This document shows, one piece after another, positions 10,139-19,179 of a stretch of DNA of 34,638 bases. The notes beneath the pieces were generated by a model that saw only the letters and a program-made list of their open reading frames with translations, was not told the origin of the DNA and made no database searches. Location of the stretch: contig JBJEJM010000011.1 of NCBI GenBank assembly GCA_051878075.1, positions 1 through 34,638 on the forward strand. Reading direction: 5' to 3'. Each line of letters begins with the position of its first letter. The stretch's first letter is position 1. A program made the translations under genes and the position numbers. Source of the stretch: Clostridium sp. Lineage in GTDB: Bacteria > Bacillota > Clostridia > Clostridiales > Clostridiaceae.

Positions 10139-11080
10139 CTACAATCTTACTTTTGCCCTTGTTTGCGATGCTTCTCCGTCATAATCAAAAGCTTCAATTG
10201 TTACTTCTAAAGGTCTTGTTTTTATTTTGTTTATTTTTTCTCCACTAATAACATAACTAGTAGCATTTTCATCAACAGTTCCAACCCATTCCTTATTCAA
10301 AAATATATTATATCCTAGAAGGTCAACATCTCTATTCCTGTTCCATGATACATATATTTTGCCATTTTTCATTTGTGCCTTAAGTCCTGTAACTATTTCA
10401 GGCTGCATTAAGAGTGCAATATTATTAGGTCCCCAATTTGCATCTACTGGACTTCCTACCCCTTGAACAACCTGACCTTCACTATACTGCCATACTCTCC
10501 AGTGTGTCCATCCTCCAACATCAGGTGGAATACTAGGATTGATAGAAACATTAGTGTACATTGCTATCCAGAGAGGCATATTTTTCAAAGGATATCCCTT
10601 ACCTTCCACATAAAAATTATCATACAGTTCAATAAAAAATAGTCCTGTATACAACATTAACCTTCTTCTAGTTTTCTTTTCAAATCTCTTCCTAAATCGA
10701 TCAATCCATTCTATCAGAGTCTTTGTTGATATTGTTTTATCTACTGGTGTCTCTACATCCAATACTGGCAGTAAGTCTCCATAATTTTTATTTCCAAATC
10801 CCTGCTGTAATACATTAATGAAGTCATCACACTGCCTATCTGCATCAGTCAAATCATATGAAGGAACTCCAAAATGATAAGCACCTACTGGTATACCATA
10901 CTCACGGCTTGACTTGGCAAAATCAAAGAATTTCTTATCCACCCTGAATCTTCCTGATCCAGAACCAGATGATCTTAAGTACAAGAAATCAATCTTAGTA
11001 GCTATTATATTAAACTGTACATCCTGGGTATATTCATTTATATCAATCCCAAAAAGACTCTTAGAAGTTTTATTCTGCAT
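10139..11080 (-). CDS. sleM: GH25 muramidase with C-terminal FnIII-like domain; spore cortical-fragment lytic enzyme SleM-like
   Basis: GH25 motifs GIDIN, GAYHF, LDVE, LWIA.Y and WQYS; no signal peptide; FnIII-like end (VSWN...GYNIF...IEAFD). The architecture and sequence match my recollection of C. perfringens SleM. Confidence 0.8.
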   Translation of the reverse strand: MQNKTSKSLFGIDINEYTQDVQFNIIATKIDFLYLRSSGSGSGRFRVDKKFFDFAKSSREYGIPVGAYHFGVPSYDLTDADRQCDDFINVLQQGFGNKNYGDLLPVLDVETPVDKTISTKTLIEWIDRFRKRFEKKTRRRLMLYTGLFFIELYDNFYVEGKGYPLKNMPLWIAMYTNVSINPSIPPDVGGWTHWRVWQYSEGQVVQGVGSPVDANWGPNNIALLMQPEIVTGLKAQMKNGKIYVSWNRNRDVDLLGYNIFLNKEWVGTVDENATSYVISGEKINKIKTRPLEVTIEAFDYDGEASQTRAKVRL

Positions 11081-11172
11081 ATATCCTCCAAATAAAAAAT
11101 ACTCCTGTAATATAAATATTAGTCTATTCCAAAAAAAGTACCTATTTATTTTATATATCAGTATATAATTCG

Positions 11173-12678
11173 TTATATATTAAGTTCAACATAAAAACTC
11201 ACATTATTTCCTATTGAATCTGCCCATATACTGCCACCATGAAGTTCAACAATATTTTTTGAGATTGCAAGACCAAGTCCAGAACCTCCAGTGTTTGTAT
11301 TTCTAGATTCATCAACTCTATAAAATCTGTCAAAAAGTTTGTCTGTCTTTTCTTTAGATAAATGATCACCTTTATTCCTAAACACTACTACTGCCTTATT
11401 ATCTTTTTTATATAATCCTATTATTATTTCTCCAGGCTTATATGAATATTTAACTGCATTGGTTATTAAGTTTTCAAATACTCTTAACATTTTTATAGGA
11501 TCAATAAATACAATAAGTTTCTCACATTCAAATTTTTTAAATACTGTAAGGTTATTTTCATCGAGAATAGGCATCATTTCTTCAATGAGCTGAGATAAAA
11601 ATTCTGTTAAGTTCACATCACTTTTATTCAATGTGATCCCATTGTTATTGTATTTTGTATATTCAAATAAATCATCAATCAATACTTTTAATTTTTCTGC
11701 TTTATTAAAAGCTATGTTTAAATAGTTTTCCATCTCTTTTTCATCTTTATATCTCTTTTGAATTACAAGTCCTATATATCCCATAACCGAAGTAAGTGGT
11801 GTTCTTAAGTCATGTGAAACATTTGTTATCAAGTCTGTTTTTGTCTTTTCTGCAAGTCTTTCAGCATTTATCTTTTCGCCTATTTCCTTTGCCATATAAT
11901 TTATGTTATTTGCCAGATTCTTAATTTCATCTGTTCCACGCTCTTCTATTCTATACTTTAGATTTCCATTAGCAATTATTTTAAGCCCTATTGCAATTTC
12001 ATCTAAATATTTCATCTTATTATTTGTTATGATAACAAACAGAATTATAAATACTATGCATGCAAGAAATATTGCTAATGATGAGTTCGATTTACTTACT
12101 GTTGTATAAGTTATATCTGCTTCTGGAATCTTGCTATATATTAAGTAAACGCGATCATCACCAATTTTTAATGGTATTATATATTTTTTTTCTTTTACTA
12201 CATCCATTTTCTCGTAACTGGAATTTGTCATTGCATCTTTTAGTGCAGTATATATATCAATTCTTTCTTCAGAGACACCTTCTGTTTTAAATAAAATATT
12301 ACCATCAAGATCTGTAATGTAACATTTATCTGTTTTAGGAACTGTATCTAATATTGCATAAATCTCTTCTTTATTATCTAATAATAATTTTCTGCTTTCT
12401 ATTTCATTTCCTAAACTGCTTGCTAATCTTTCTACCGCATCATAATCATAAGATATCTTAGGCTCAGTATATTCACGTTTAAAAAGATTGTTAGTAAAAC
12501 TATAAAAAAAGAATGATATTAAAAAGCATATTGCTATTACAAGCATGAGTTCAAATCTTATGCTTTCTTCAATTTTCTTTTTTATAGTTGAAATTATATA
12601 CTCAATATAATCTAAAATTTTAATATAGGATCTATTAATATTCGATTCAACTGTATTTCTAAATTTATCATTTTTCAA
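11173..12678 (-). CDS. Sensor histidine kinase (2 TM, HAMP, HisKA, HATPase_c)
   Basis: H-box SHDLRTPLT, N-box NLITNAVKY, F-box FDRFYR and G2 GGSGLGLAI. The TTG start overlaps the response regulator stop. Confidence 0.93.
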   Translation of the reverse strand: MKNDKFRNTVESNINRSYIKILDYIEYIISTIKKKIEESIRFELMLVIAICFLISFFFYSFTNNLFKREYTEPKISYDYDAVERLASSLGNEIESRKLLLDNKEEIYAILDTVPKTDKCYITDLDGNILFKTEGVSEERIDIYTALKDAMTNSSYEKMDVVKEKKYIIPLKIGDDRVYLIYSKIPEADITYTTVSKSNSSLAIFLACIVFIILFVIITNNKMKYLDEIAIGLKIIANGNLKYRIEERGTDEIKNLANNINYMAKEIGEKINAERLAEKTKTDLITNVSHDLRTPLTSVMGYIGLVIQKRYKDEKEMENYLNIAFNKAEKLKVLIDDLFEYTKYNNNGITLNKSDVNLTEFLSQLIEEMMPILDENNLTVFKKFECEKLIVFIDPIKMLRVFENLITNAVKYSYKPGEIIIGLYKKDNKAVVVFRNKGDHLSKEKTDKLFDRFYRVDESRNTNTGGSGLGLAISKNIVELHGGSIWADSIGNNVSFYVELNI

Positions 12679-13372
12679 TCTTATAACCTACCCCCCATAC
12701 AGTTTTTATGAATCTCGGATTTCTAGAATCATTTTCTATTTTTTCCCTTATCTTTCTTATATGAACCATAACTGTATTATCAGATGTCATAAATTCTTGA
12801 TTCCACACGCTCTCATATATATTTTCTATTGAAAAGACCTTGCCTCTGTTTTTTGCAAGTAATGCAAGAATATCAAATTCTGTAGGTGTCAGTTTCAATA
12901 ATTTTTCTCCAAGCGTTACTTCGTGAGTCTCTAGATTTATCATGAGATCATCAATCCTTATCACATTTTCGTCTTCCAAAGAATTATCATACTTATTTCC
13001 AAATTTACAGAATCTCCTTAATTGTGATTTTACTCTTGCTACCAATTCCAAAGGATTAAATGGCTTTGTAATATAATCATCTGCTCCCATATTAAGTCCT
13101 AATATCTTGTCTATATCTTCACTTTTAGCAGATAACATTATTATAGGCATGTCCTTCATTTCCCTTATTTTTAAACATGCTTCTATTCCATTCATATTAG
13201 GCATCATAACATCTAATATTACTAAATCAATATCATTATTTTTAACAGCATCAACAGCTTCAAGTCCATCAGCTGCCTGAATTGTATTATATCCTTCACT
13301 CTTTAAATATATTTCAACTAAATCTCTTATTTCTTTTTCATCATCAACAATTAATATATTTCCATTCTCCAT
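12668..13372 (-). CDS. OmpR/PhoB family response regulator
   Basis: ILIVDDE, LDVMMP, GADDYITKPF and winged helix VHIRKIREK...TVWGVGY. Start taken at ATG 13372 (RBS GGGGGA). Confidence 0.95.
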   Translation of the reverse strand: MENGNILIVDDEKEIRDLVEIYLKSEGYNTIQAADGLEAVDAVKNNDIDLVILDVMMPNMNGIEACLKIREMKDMPIIMLSAKSEDIDKILGLNMGADDYITKPFNPLELVARVKSQLRRFCKFGNKYDNSLEDENVIRIDDLMINLETHEVTLGEKLLKLTPTEFDILALLAKNRGKVFSIENIYESVWNQEFMTSDNTVMVHIRKIREKIENDSRNPRFIKTVWGVGYKIEK

Positions 13373-13488
13373 ATATGTCATTTCCCCCAAAAATTATAAT
13401 TTCATATATTTAAATTTTACCTTAAACTCCTTAATAAATATATCAGAACTTCTTAATTTTTTATAAAAGAATACAATTTTTTTAATTC

Positions 13489-13523
13489 AAAAAAATAAAC
13501 TACAATCTTTTAAAGACTGTAGT
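13489..13523 (-). terminator. Terminator after ddl
   Basis: Minus strand ACTACAGTCTT-taa-AAGATTGTAGT followed by TTATTTTTTT. Confidence 0.8.
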
Positions 13524-13532
13524 CTGATTTTA

Positions 13533-14438
13533 TTATCTTGATATCTTCATTGAATCGTCTATTATCATATCAATAAGTTCTGGAAAACTTATATTAGCTG
13601 CTGCTGCACTTTTAGGAATAAGACTGTTCTTTGTCATACCTGGTAAAGTATTTACTTCTAGTATATATGGAGTTCCATCAGAAGTAACTATCATATCAAC
13701 TCTTGAATAAACTTCACATTTTAAAGCTTTGTAAGTAGCTAAAGCCATTTTTTCAACTTCTTCATGTAGATCTTTTTCTAATTCAACTACAACTTCTTCT
13801 GCACCACCGTCTTGATATTTTGAAGTAAAATCAAAGAATTCTGCTTTTGGCTTTATAGCTATTACTGGAAGCATCTTATCTCCATATACTGGACATGTTA
13901 TTTCATCACCTTTAATAAATTTTTCTATCATAACTTCATTATCCCATTTAAATGCTTCTGCAACACAATGTTCAATTTCTTTTTCTTCTTTTACTATAAA
14001 TGTTGCAACACTTGAACCTCCATGAGTAGGCTTAACTACTACTGGATATCCTAATTCATTTATAGCTTTATAATCTATTGAATCATTTTTTGATAAATTA
14101 ATCCATGGTGCTGTTCTTATATTTGCTGCCTGAAGTATTGATTTTGTTACATCTTTATCCATACACATTGCACTGCTTAGAGGTCCGCATCCTGAGTATG
14201 GAATTCCTAATGTCTGAAGAACTGATTGAACTGTTCCATCTTCACCAAATTGTCCATGAAGTGCTAATAAAGCAAAATCTATTCCTTTAACTTTTGTAAC
14301 TATATCTTCTTTTTTATCTATAACAATTGATTCAACCTCATATTTATCTTTATTGATATTTTCAACTATTGATTTTCCACTATTTATAGATATTTCTCTT
14401 TCTGATGAAATACCACCCATTATAACTCCGATTTTCAT
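13533..14438 (-). CDS. ddl: D-alanine--D-alanine ligase
   Basis: GGISSERE, LHGQFGEDG, VKP...GSS, omega loop FFDFTSKY (Tyr retained) and LEVNTLPGMT. Confidence 0.96.
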   Translation of the reverse strand: MKIGVIMGGISSEREISINSGKSIVENINKDKYEVESIVIDKKEDIVTKVKGIDFALLALHGQFGEDGTVQSVLQTLGIPYSGCGPLSSAMCMDKDVTKSILQAANIRTAPWINLSKNDSIDYKAINELGYPVVVKPTHGGSSVATFIVKEEKEIEHCVAEAFKWDNEVMIEKFIKGDEITCPVYGDKMLPVIAIKPKAEFFDFTSKYQDGGAEEVVVELEKDLHEEVEKMALATYKALKCEVYSRVDMIVTSDGTPYILEVNTLPGMTKNSLIPKSAAAANISFPELIDMIIDDSMKISR

Positions 14439-14526
14439 TTATTTACCTCCAAAGTTTTCATTATTATTAAATCCAGATATTTTTACTTTTTATCTCTATA
14501 AATATATTACAATATGTATTTATTCA

Positions 14527-14569
14527 TAAAAAGAACCACTATATAACTAGTTTTTATTAAAAGTGGTTC
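14527..14569 (-). terminator. Terminator after nth
   Basis: GAACCACT...AGTGGTTC arms followed by TTTTT on the minus strand. Confidence 0.65.
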
Positions 14570-14577
14570 ATTATATA

Positions 14578-15198
14578 CTATCTTTCATATTTACACAAAT
14601 GGTTTAATGGACATTCTTCACATTTAGGTTTTCTTGAACTGCAGCATCTTCTTCCATGAAATATCAATAAATGATGCATTAATGTCCATTCTTTTTTAGG
14701 AAGTTCTTTTTGAAGCTGTTTTTCTACTTCTAATACATTGTCACTATTTGCCAGCCCCAAACGATTTGCTACTCTGAATACATGTGTATCAACTGCTATT
14801 GACGGAACTCCGAATGCATTAGATAAAACAACATTTGCTGTTTTTCTTCCAGCTCCAGCAAGCGAAGTTATTCCTTCCATAGTCTTAGGAACTTCACCAT
14901 TAAAGTTTTCCTTCAGCTGCCTGAACATAAGAATTAAATTTTTTGATTTATTTCTATATAAACCAATTTGTTTTATTCTCTCTTCTAATTCATCATTAGT
15001 TATAGTTAAAAAAGCATCTAAATCTGGATAATCCTTAAATAAACTTTCTGTTACTTCATTAACCTTTTTATCTGTTGTCTGTGCAGATAAAATAGTTGCA
15101 ACTAATAATTGAAGCGGTGTTTCATAATTCAATTCACATTTTGCATCTGGATAAGTTTCCTTTAAAATTTCTACAATTTCTTTTGTCCTTTGCTTCAT
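14578..15198 (-). CDS. nth: Endonuclease III
   Basis: LSAQTTD, HhH motif LAGAGRKTANV, AVDTHV and the 4Fe-4S motif C-x6-C-x2-C-x5-C. Confidence 0.96.
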   Translation of the reverse strand: MKQRTKEIVEILKETYPDAKCELNYETPLQLLVATILSAQTTDKKVNEVTESLFKDYPDLDAFLTITNDELEERIKQIGLYRNKSKNLILMFRQLKENFNGEVPKTMEGITSLAGAGRKTANVVLSNAFGVPSIAVDTHVFRVANRLGLANSDNVLEVEKQLQKELPKKEWTLMHHLLIFHGRRCCSSRKPKCEECPLNHLCKYER

Positions 15199-15213
15199 TC
15201 ACACACTATCTCC

Positions 15214-15918
15214 TTATTTATATACGCCTCTGTATTCAACAGGCAATAATTCTGCTATACTCCTCATTAGAATATCCATACATCTATCTTCATATTCATG
15301 TTTATCTTCATCTTTTTCTTTTGCTGGAAACTCTATCTTATTTCCTATGTTAACTGTAACATTAGCATGATGCCACTTTTCTCCGCCCATATTTCCATCT
15401 TTGCTTATAGGAAGTAACTTTTCAGTTCCTGACATTCCTATAGGGATAACTTCTGCTTTAGCCATTCTTGCAAATAATAATATTCCTTTTTTTCCTTCAA
15501 TCATTGCTCCTGTTCTGCTTCTCGTTCCTTCTGGAAATATAACTACATCCTGTCCGCTTTTTAATGTCTTAACAACTTTTGTTATAGCTTCCTTATCAGC
15601 TGAATTAGGCTTTATAGAAATATTTTTAACTAATTTTGTTCCTATATTTGTTATAGGATCATTTGATAATTTTACACCTGCAATAAAATAAGGATCACTT
15701 TTTTCCTTAAGTATCTTATTTAAAACTAACCCATCAGAATTACTTAAATGATTACAGACAAATATTCTAGGCTTCTTAACATTATCGATTTTTTCAATTC
15801 CATTAATTGTCATATGCGCATATTTGCGAATATATCTATCAGAAAGCATTTGTGCTGCTTTTACTAAAAGGTTCTCTGGTAACATATTAATAATTTTAGC
15901 TGTTGTTGGTGATAACAT
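15214..15918 (-). CDS. plsC: 1-acyl-sn-glycerol-3-phosphate acyltransferase (PlsC family)
   Basis: NHLSNSD (HX4D), FPEGTRS and VIP motifs; start likely ATG 15918. Confidence 0.88.
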   Translation of the reverse strand: MLSPTTAKIINMLPENLLVKAAQMLSDRYIRKYAHMTINGIEKIDNVKKPRIFVCNHLSNSDGLVLNKILKEKSDPYFIAGVKLSNDPITNIGTKLVKNISIKPNSADKEAITKVVKTLKSGQDVVIFPEGTRSRTGAMIEGKKGILLFARMAKAEVIPIGMSGTEKLLPISKDGNMGGEKWHHANVTVNIGNKIEFPAKEKDEDKHEYEDRCMDILMRSIAELLPVEYRGVYK

Positions 15919-16102
15919 TTCCTCCACCCTTTCCAAATATTAAATACACTATATTATATATTTTTTTTAATTTCCTTGCAATTTACATATTGCATTACAT
16001 TATATAGTCATCTTAATCAAATAATAAAATATTACCATTATATTATACACTTTTCTAAATTTATATTATATTGTAAAATTACAGCAATGCATTTTAAATA
16101 CT

Positions 16103-17125
16103 TTATCTCTCTTTAAGATTAATGATTCTTTCAACATAATTTTTTAAATATGGAGAATCAAACTTTAAATCTTTTATATCACAAGACTTATCATCATCAA
16201 AAACATATTTTTTAATAATTGCATTTCTTTTTATTATGTTTTTCCCTCTCCATCCAGAGGATGTCTTCTTAAAACTTTCTTTAAACTGACTATTATTCAT
16301 ATCAATAATATAATCATCATCATATTCATCAAAAAAAACTAATGGTCTGAACTCTTCTAATCTGGAATTTTCTATTTCTTTATTATAAGGGCAGCTGAAT
16401 TGACATGTATCACATCCAAACATCCTTCCTTCAAGTTTTTTTATTTCCCAGTCCTTTAAATCTTTCTTTTGAGTAATGTAAGATAAACATATATTACAAT
16501 TCTTATTGGTACTATTTATTGATTTTGTAGGACACTTATCATAGCATATATTACAATCTCCACATTCTTTAAATAACTCTATTTCATTAAAATTTCGTTT
16601 ATCTTCATCATAAATTTCTAAATCCGTAATTATTTCACCTAAGAAAACATATGAACCATATTTAGGTGTAATAATGAGATTATTTTTTCCAATGAAACCT
16701 ACACCTGAAATAAATGCTAAGTATCTCTCAGGAAGTGTATTGCTGTCGACAAATGTTTTAGCTTTCCCTCCATGCTGTTCAATTATTTCACAAATTTTGT
16801 TTAAATATTTATTAACTACATAGTGATAATCTAATCCTTGTGTATATATTGAAAATCCATTTTTCTGTTGTGATTTTACTTTATTATCCTCTCCTAAAAA
16901 AGCATAAGGGAAAGCTATAGAAATTATAGTTTTCCCCTCTTCAAACCATTTATTAGAGTCTATTCTTAACTCTATATTATTTTCTTCAAATTCATTTTCT
17001 AAATTTAAAGCTTTCCTTTTTTCATAAAATGCTTTAAGCTCATCAAATCTTCTGCATTTAATAAATCCCACTGAATCCAATCCTATAGAAAGGCAATAAT
17101 TTATTATTTCTTCTTTTACTCCCAT
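16103..17125 (-). CDS. queG: Epoxyqueuosine reductase
   Basis: DYH, FVDS..LPER, G.GFIGKN, YGSYVFLGE, and the Fe-S motifs CGDCNICYDKCP and GCDTCQ..CPYN. Confidence 0.9.
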   Translation of the reverse strand: MGVKEEIINYCLSIGLDSVGFIKCRRFDELKAFYEKRKALNLENEFEENNIELRIDSNKWFEEGKTIISIAFPYAFLGEDNKVKSQQKNGFSIYTQGLDYHYVVNKYLNKICEIIEQHGGKAKTFVDSNTLPERYLAFISGVGFIGKNNLIITPKYGSYVFLGEIITDLEIYDEDKRNFNEIELFKECGDCNICYDKCPTKSINSTNKNCNICLSYITQKKDLKDWEIKKLEGRMFGCDTCQFSCPYNKEIENSRLEEFRPLVFFDEYDDDYIIDMNNSQFKESFKKTSSGWRGKNIIKRNAIIKKYVFDDDKSCDIKDLKFDSPYLKNYVERIINLKER

Positions 17126-17137
17126 GTGTTACATCCT

Positions 17138-17728
17138 TTATATTATCATGTCATTATATATTTTTCTTTTTTTTCCATGTAAATCTCTTATTTCTATTAT
17201 ACATGATTTTGACTTATTTCTAACAATATTTTTTGCTCTAATTCCAACTGCTGTTGCTCCTTCAGGTACATTGTGAAGCACCACTGAATTGGCACCTATT
17301 TTTGCATTATTTCCTACTGTAATAGGTCCAAGAACTTTTGCACCAGTACCAATCAATACATTATCTCCTATTGTAGGATGCCTTTTTCCTTTATGTTTTC
17401 CTGTTCCACCTAAAGTAACTCCATGATAAATTGTTACATTATCACCTATTTCCGCAGTTTCTCCTATAACAACTCCCATACCATGATCAATAAATAAGCC
17501 CTTACCTATTTTGGCTCCTGGATGAATTTCTATACCTGTAAAAAACCGTGATAACTGTGAAATCAAACGTGCTATAAAAAACCTTTTATGTTCATAAAAG
17601 AAATGTGCTAATCTATATGCTATTAATGCATGAATACATGGATATAATAATAATACTTCTATTTTCCCCTTGGCTGCTGGATCTTCTTTTAAAACCCTTT
17701 CCAAACTATAATTTAATAGTTTAAACAC
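17138..17728 (-). CDS. cysE: Serine O-acetyltransferase
   Basis: [32 protein letters not shown] and hexapeptide repeats; GTG start with RBS AAGGAG. Confidence 0.95.
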   Translation of the reverse strand: MFKLLNYSLERVLKEDPAAKGKIEVLLLYPCIHALIAYRLAHFFYEHKRFFIARLISQLSRFFTGIEIHPGAKIGKGLFIDHGMGVVIGETAEIGDNVTIYHGVTLGGTGKHKGKRHPTIGDNVLIGTGAKVLGPITVGNNAKIGANSVVLHNVPEGATAVGIRAKNIVRNKSKSCIIEIRDLHGKKRKIYNDMII

Positions 17729-17790
17729 AACTCATTTCTCCTTTTACTATAGTAATTATTCAGTGTTCTTTTGTTTTAATATTTTATTTA

Positions 17791-18702
17791 CTAATCAAAA
17801 AGTCCCATTGATATATATTTTTCTCCTCCATCTGGAGCTATAGCTAAAACTTTTTTACCTTTTCCAAGTTTTTTAGCTGTTTCAATAGCTGCATAAATAG
17901 CTGCGCCTGCTGATATACCTATTAGTACTCCTTCTTTTTGTGCAAATTCCTTTGCAATATTAAATGCATCTTTATCTTCTACTGGAATAACCTCATCAAC
18001 AAAATCAGCTTCATAAATACTTGGTACAAACCCTGCACCAATTCCTTGTATCTTATGTCCTCCTGGATTTCCTCCACTTAATACTGGTGAAGTTGCTGGT
18101 TCAACAGCTATAGCTTTTATATTAGGATTCTTCTTTTTTAAGTTCTTTGAAATTCCTATTAAAGTTCCGCCTGTTCCAACACCTGATATAAATGCATCTA
18201 AATCAGGAATATCCTTATAGATTTCTTCTGCTGTTGTTGCATAGTGCTTTTCTGGATTAGCTGGATTTTCAAATTGCTGTGGAATAAAATATCCTTCTCC
18301 GCTGCCTATTTCTAAAGCTTTTTCTATAGCACCTTTCATTCCTTTAGCACCTTCTGTCAATACAAGTTCAGCCCCATAAGCTTTAATTAAATCTCTTCTT
18401 TCCTTACTCATTGTTTCTGGCATAACTATTATTACTTTATATCCTTTTAATCTTCCAATAAGCGCTAATGCTATTCCTGTATTTCCACTTGTTGGTTCTA
18501 CTATTATTGATCCCTTTTTTAATATACCTTCTTTTTCAGCCTTCTCAATCATTCCTAAAGCTGCTCTATCCTTAACACTTCCACCTGGATTAAACTTTTC
18601 TAATTTAACATAAATATCTGCAATATTTTCTTCCTTTATAAGATTATTAACTTTTAATATTGGAGTATTCCCTACTAATTCTAAAACACCATTATAAATC
18701 AT
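17791..18702 (-). CDS. cysK: Cysteine synthase A (O-acetylserine sulfhydrylase)
   Basis: PLP lysine motif [24 protein letters not shown] and HKIQGIG; RBS GGGAGG. Confidence 0.97.
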   Translation of the reverse strand: MIYNGVLELVGNTPILKVNNLIKEENIADIYVKLEKFNPGGSVKDRAALGMIEKAEKEGILKKGSIIVEPTSGNTGIALALIGRLKGYKVIIVMPETMSKERRDLIKAYGAELVLTEGAKGMKGAIEKALEIGSGEGYFIPQQFENPANPEKHYATTAEEIYKDIPDLDAFISGVGTGGTLIGISKNLKKKNPNIKAIAVEPATSPVLSGGNPGGHKIQGIGAGFVPSIYEADFVDEVIPVEDKDAFNIAKEFAQKEGVLIGISAGAAIYAAIETAKKLGKGKKVLAIAPDGGEKYISMGLFD

Positions 18703-18821
18703 ATTTTTACCCTCCCAAAACTTTATTTATATATATTTTTTATATTTAATTAATATTAAATTTTATACTTTTAATACCGAATACCATAAAAACTTTTCTT
18801 GAAAATCTGATAATTTAATAT

Positions 18822-19080
18822 AAAATAAAAAACTCCATCCCCTATCACATGATAGAGACGAAGTTATTTCGCGGTTCCACTCTAATTAGATTACTAAAAA
18901 TCCCACCTCAATTAAGCACTTAAAATGCCTGTCACTATAACGGGTGAACCCGGAAAATCCTACTATAAATTCAAATTTCAACTCCAAAGTGCATTTCACA
19001 TAAATTCCTGTTGGAAAGTTCTCAACATCCTTTCTTCTCTGTAAACATTCCAATATGCTACTTCTCTTTTTCTTAGTTTT
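18822..19080 (-). ncRNA. Cysteine-specific T-box riboswitch leader
   Basis: Minus strand, in order: AGTA box, AGAGA, GTTGAGA loop, specifier GAAA-TGC-AC (UGC = Cys, 18993-18991), AGTAG, CCGTTA F-box, T-box AATTAGAGTGGAACCGCG (18887-18870). The UGGA matches the U73 discriminator of tRNA-Cys. It ends in terminator AACTTCGTCTCTATC-atgt-GATAGGGGATGGAGTT-TTTT. Confidence 0.95.
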
Positions 19081-19114
19081 TAATTCAGAGTATTTTTATA
19101 AACTTTATATTTTC

Positions 19115-19142
19115 ATTATATTCCAAAACATTAAAAAGTCAA
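19115..19142 (-). promoter_or_regulatory. Sigma-A promoter for the T-box/cysK operon
   Basis: TTGACT-N16-TATAAT about 35 nt upstream of T-box stem I. Confidence 0.75.
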
Positions 19143-19174
19143 CACTTTTTTGAATTTTTTCTAAAAGTGTTGAC
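19133..19174 (-). terminator. Terminator after MgtE_N/CBS gene
   Basis: GTCAACACTTTT / AAAAGTGTTGAC arms followed by TTTTT, starting 5 nt after the stop codon. Confidence 0.85.
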
Positions 19175-19179
19175 ACATT

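Noticed and set aside
8447-14438. Acquired vancomycin-resistance operon
   Set aside because: The ligase retains the D-Ala-D-Ala-type Tyr, there is no vanH/X/Y/T, no mobility genes are present, and composition matches the flanks.
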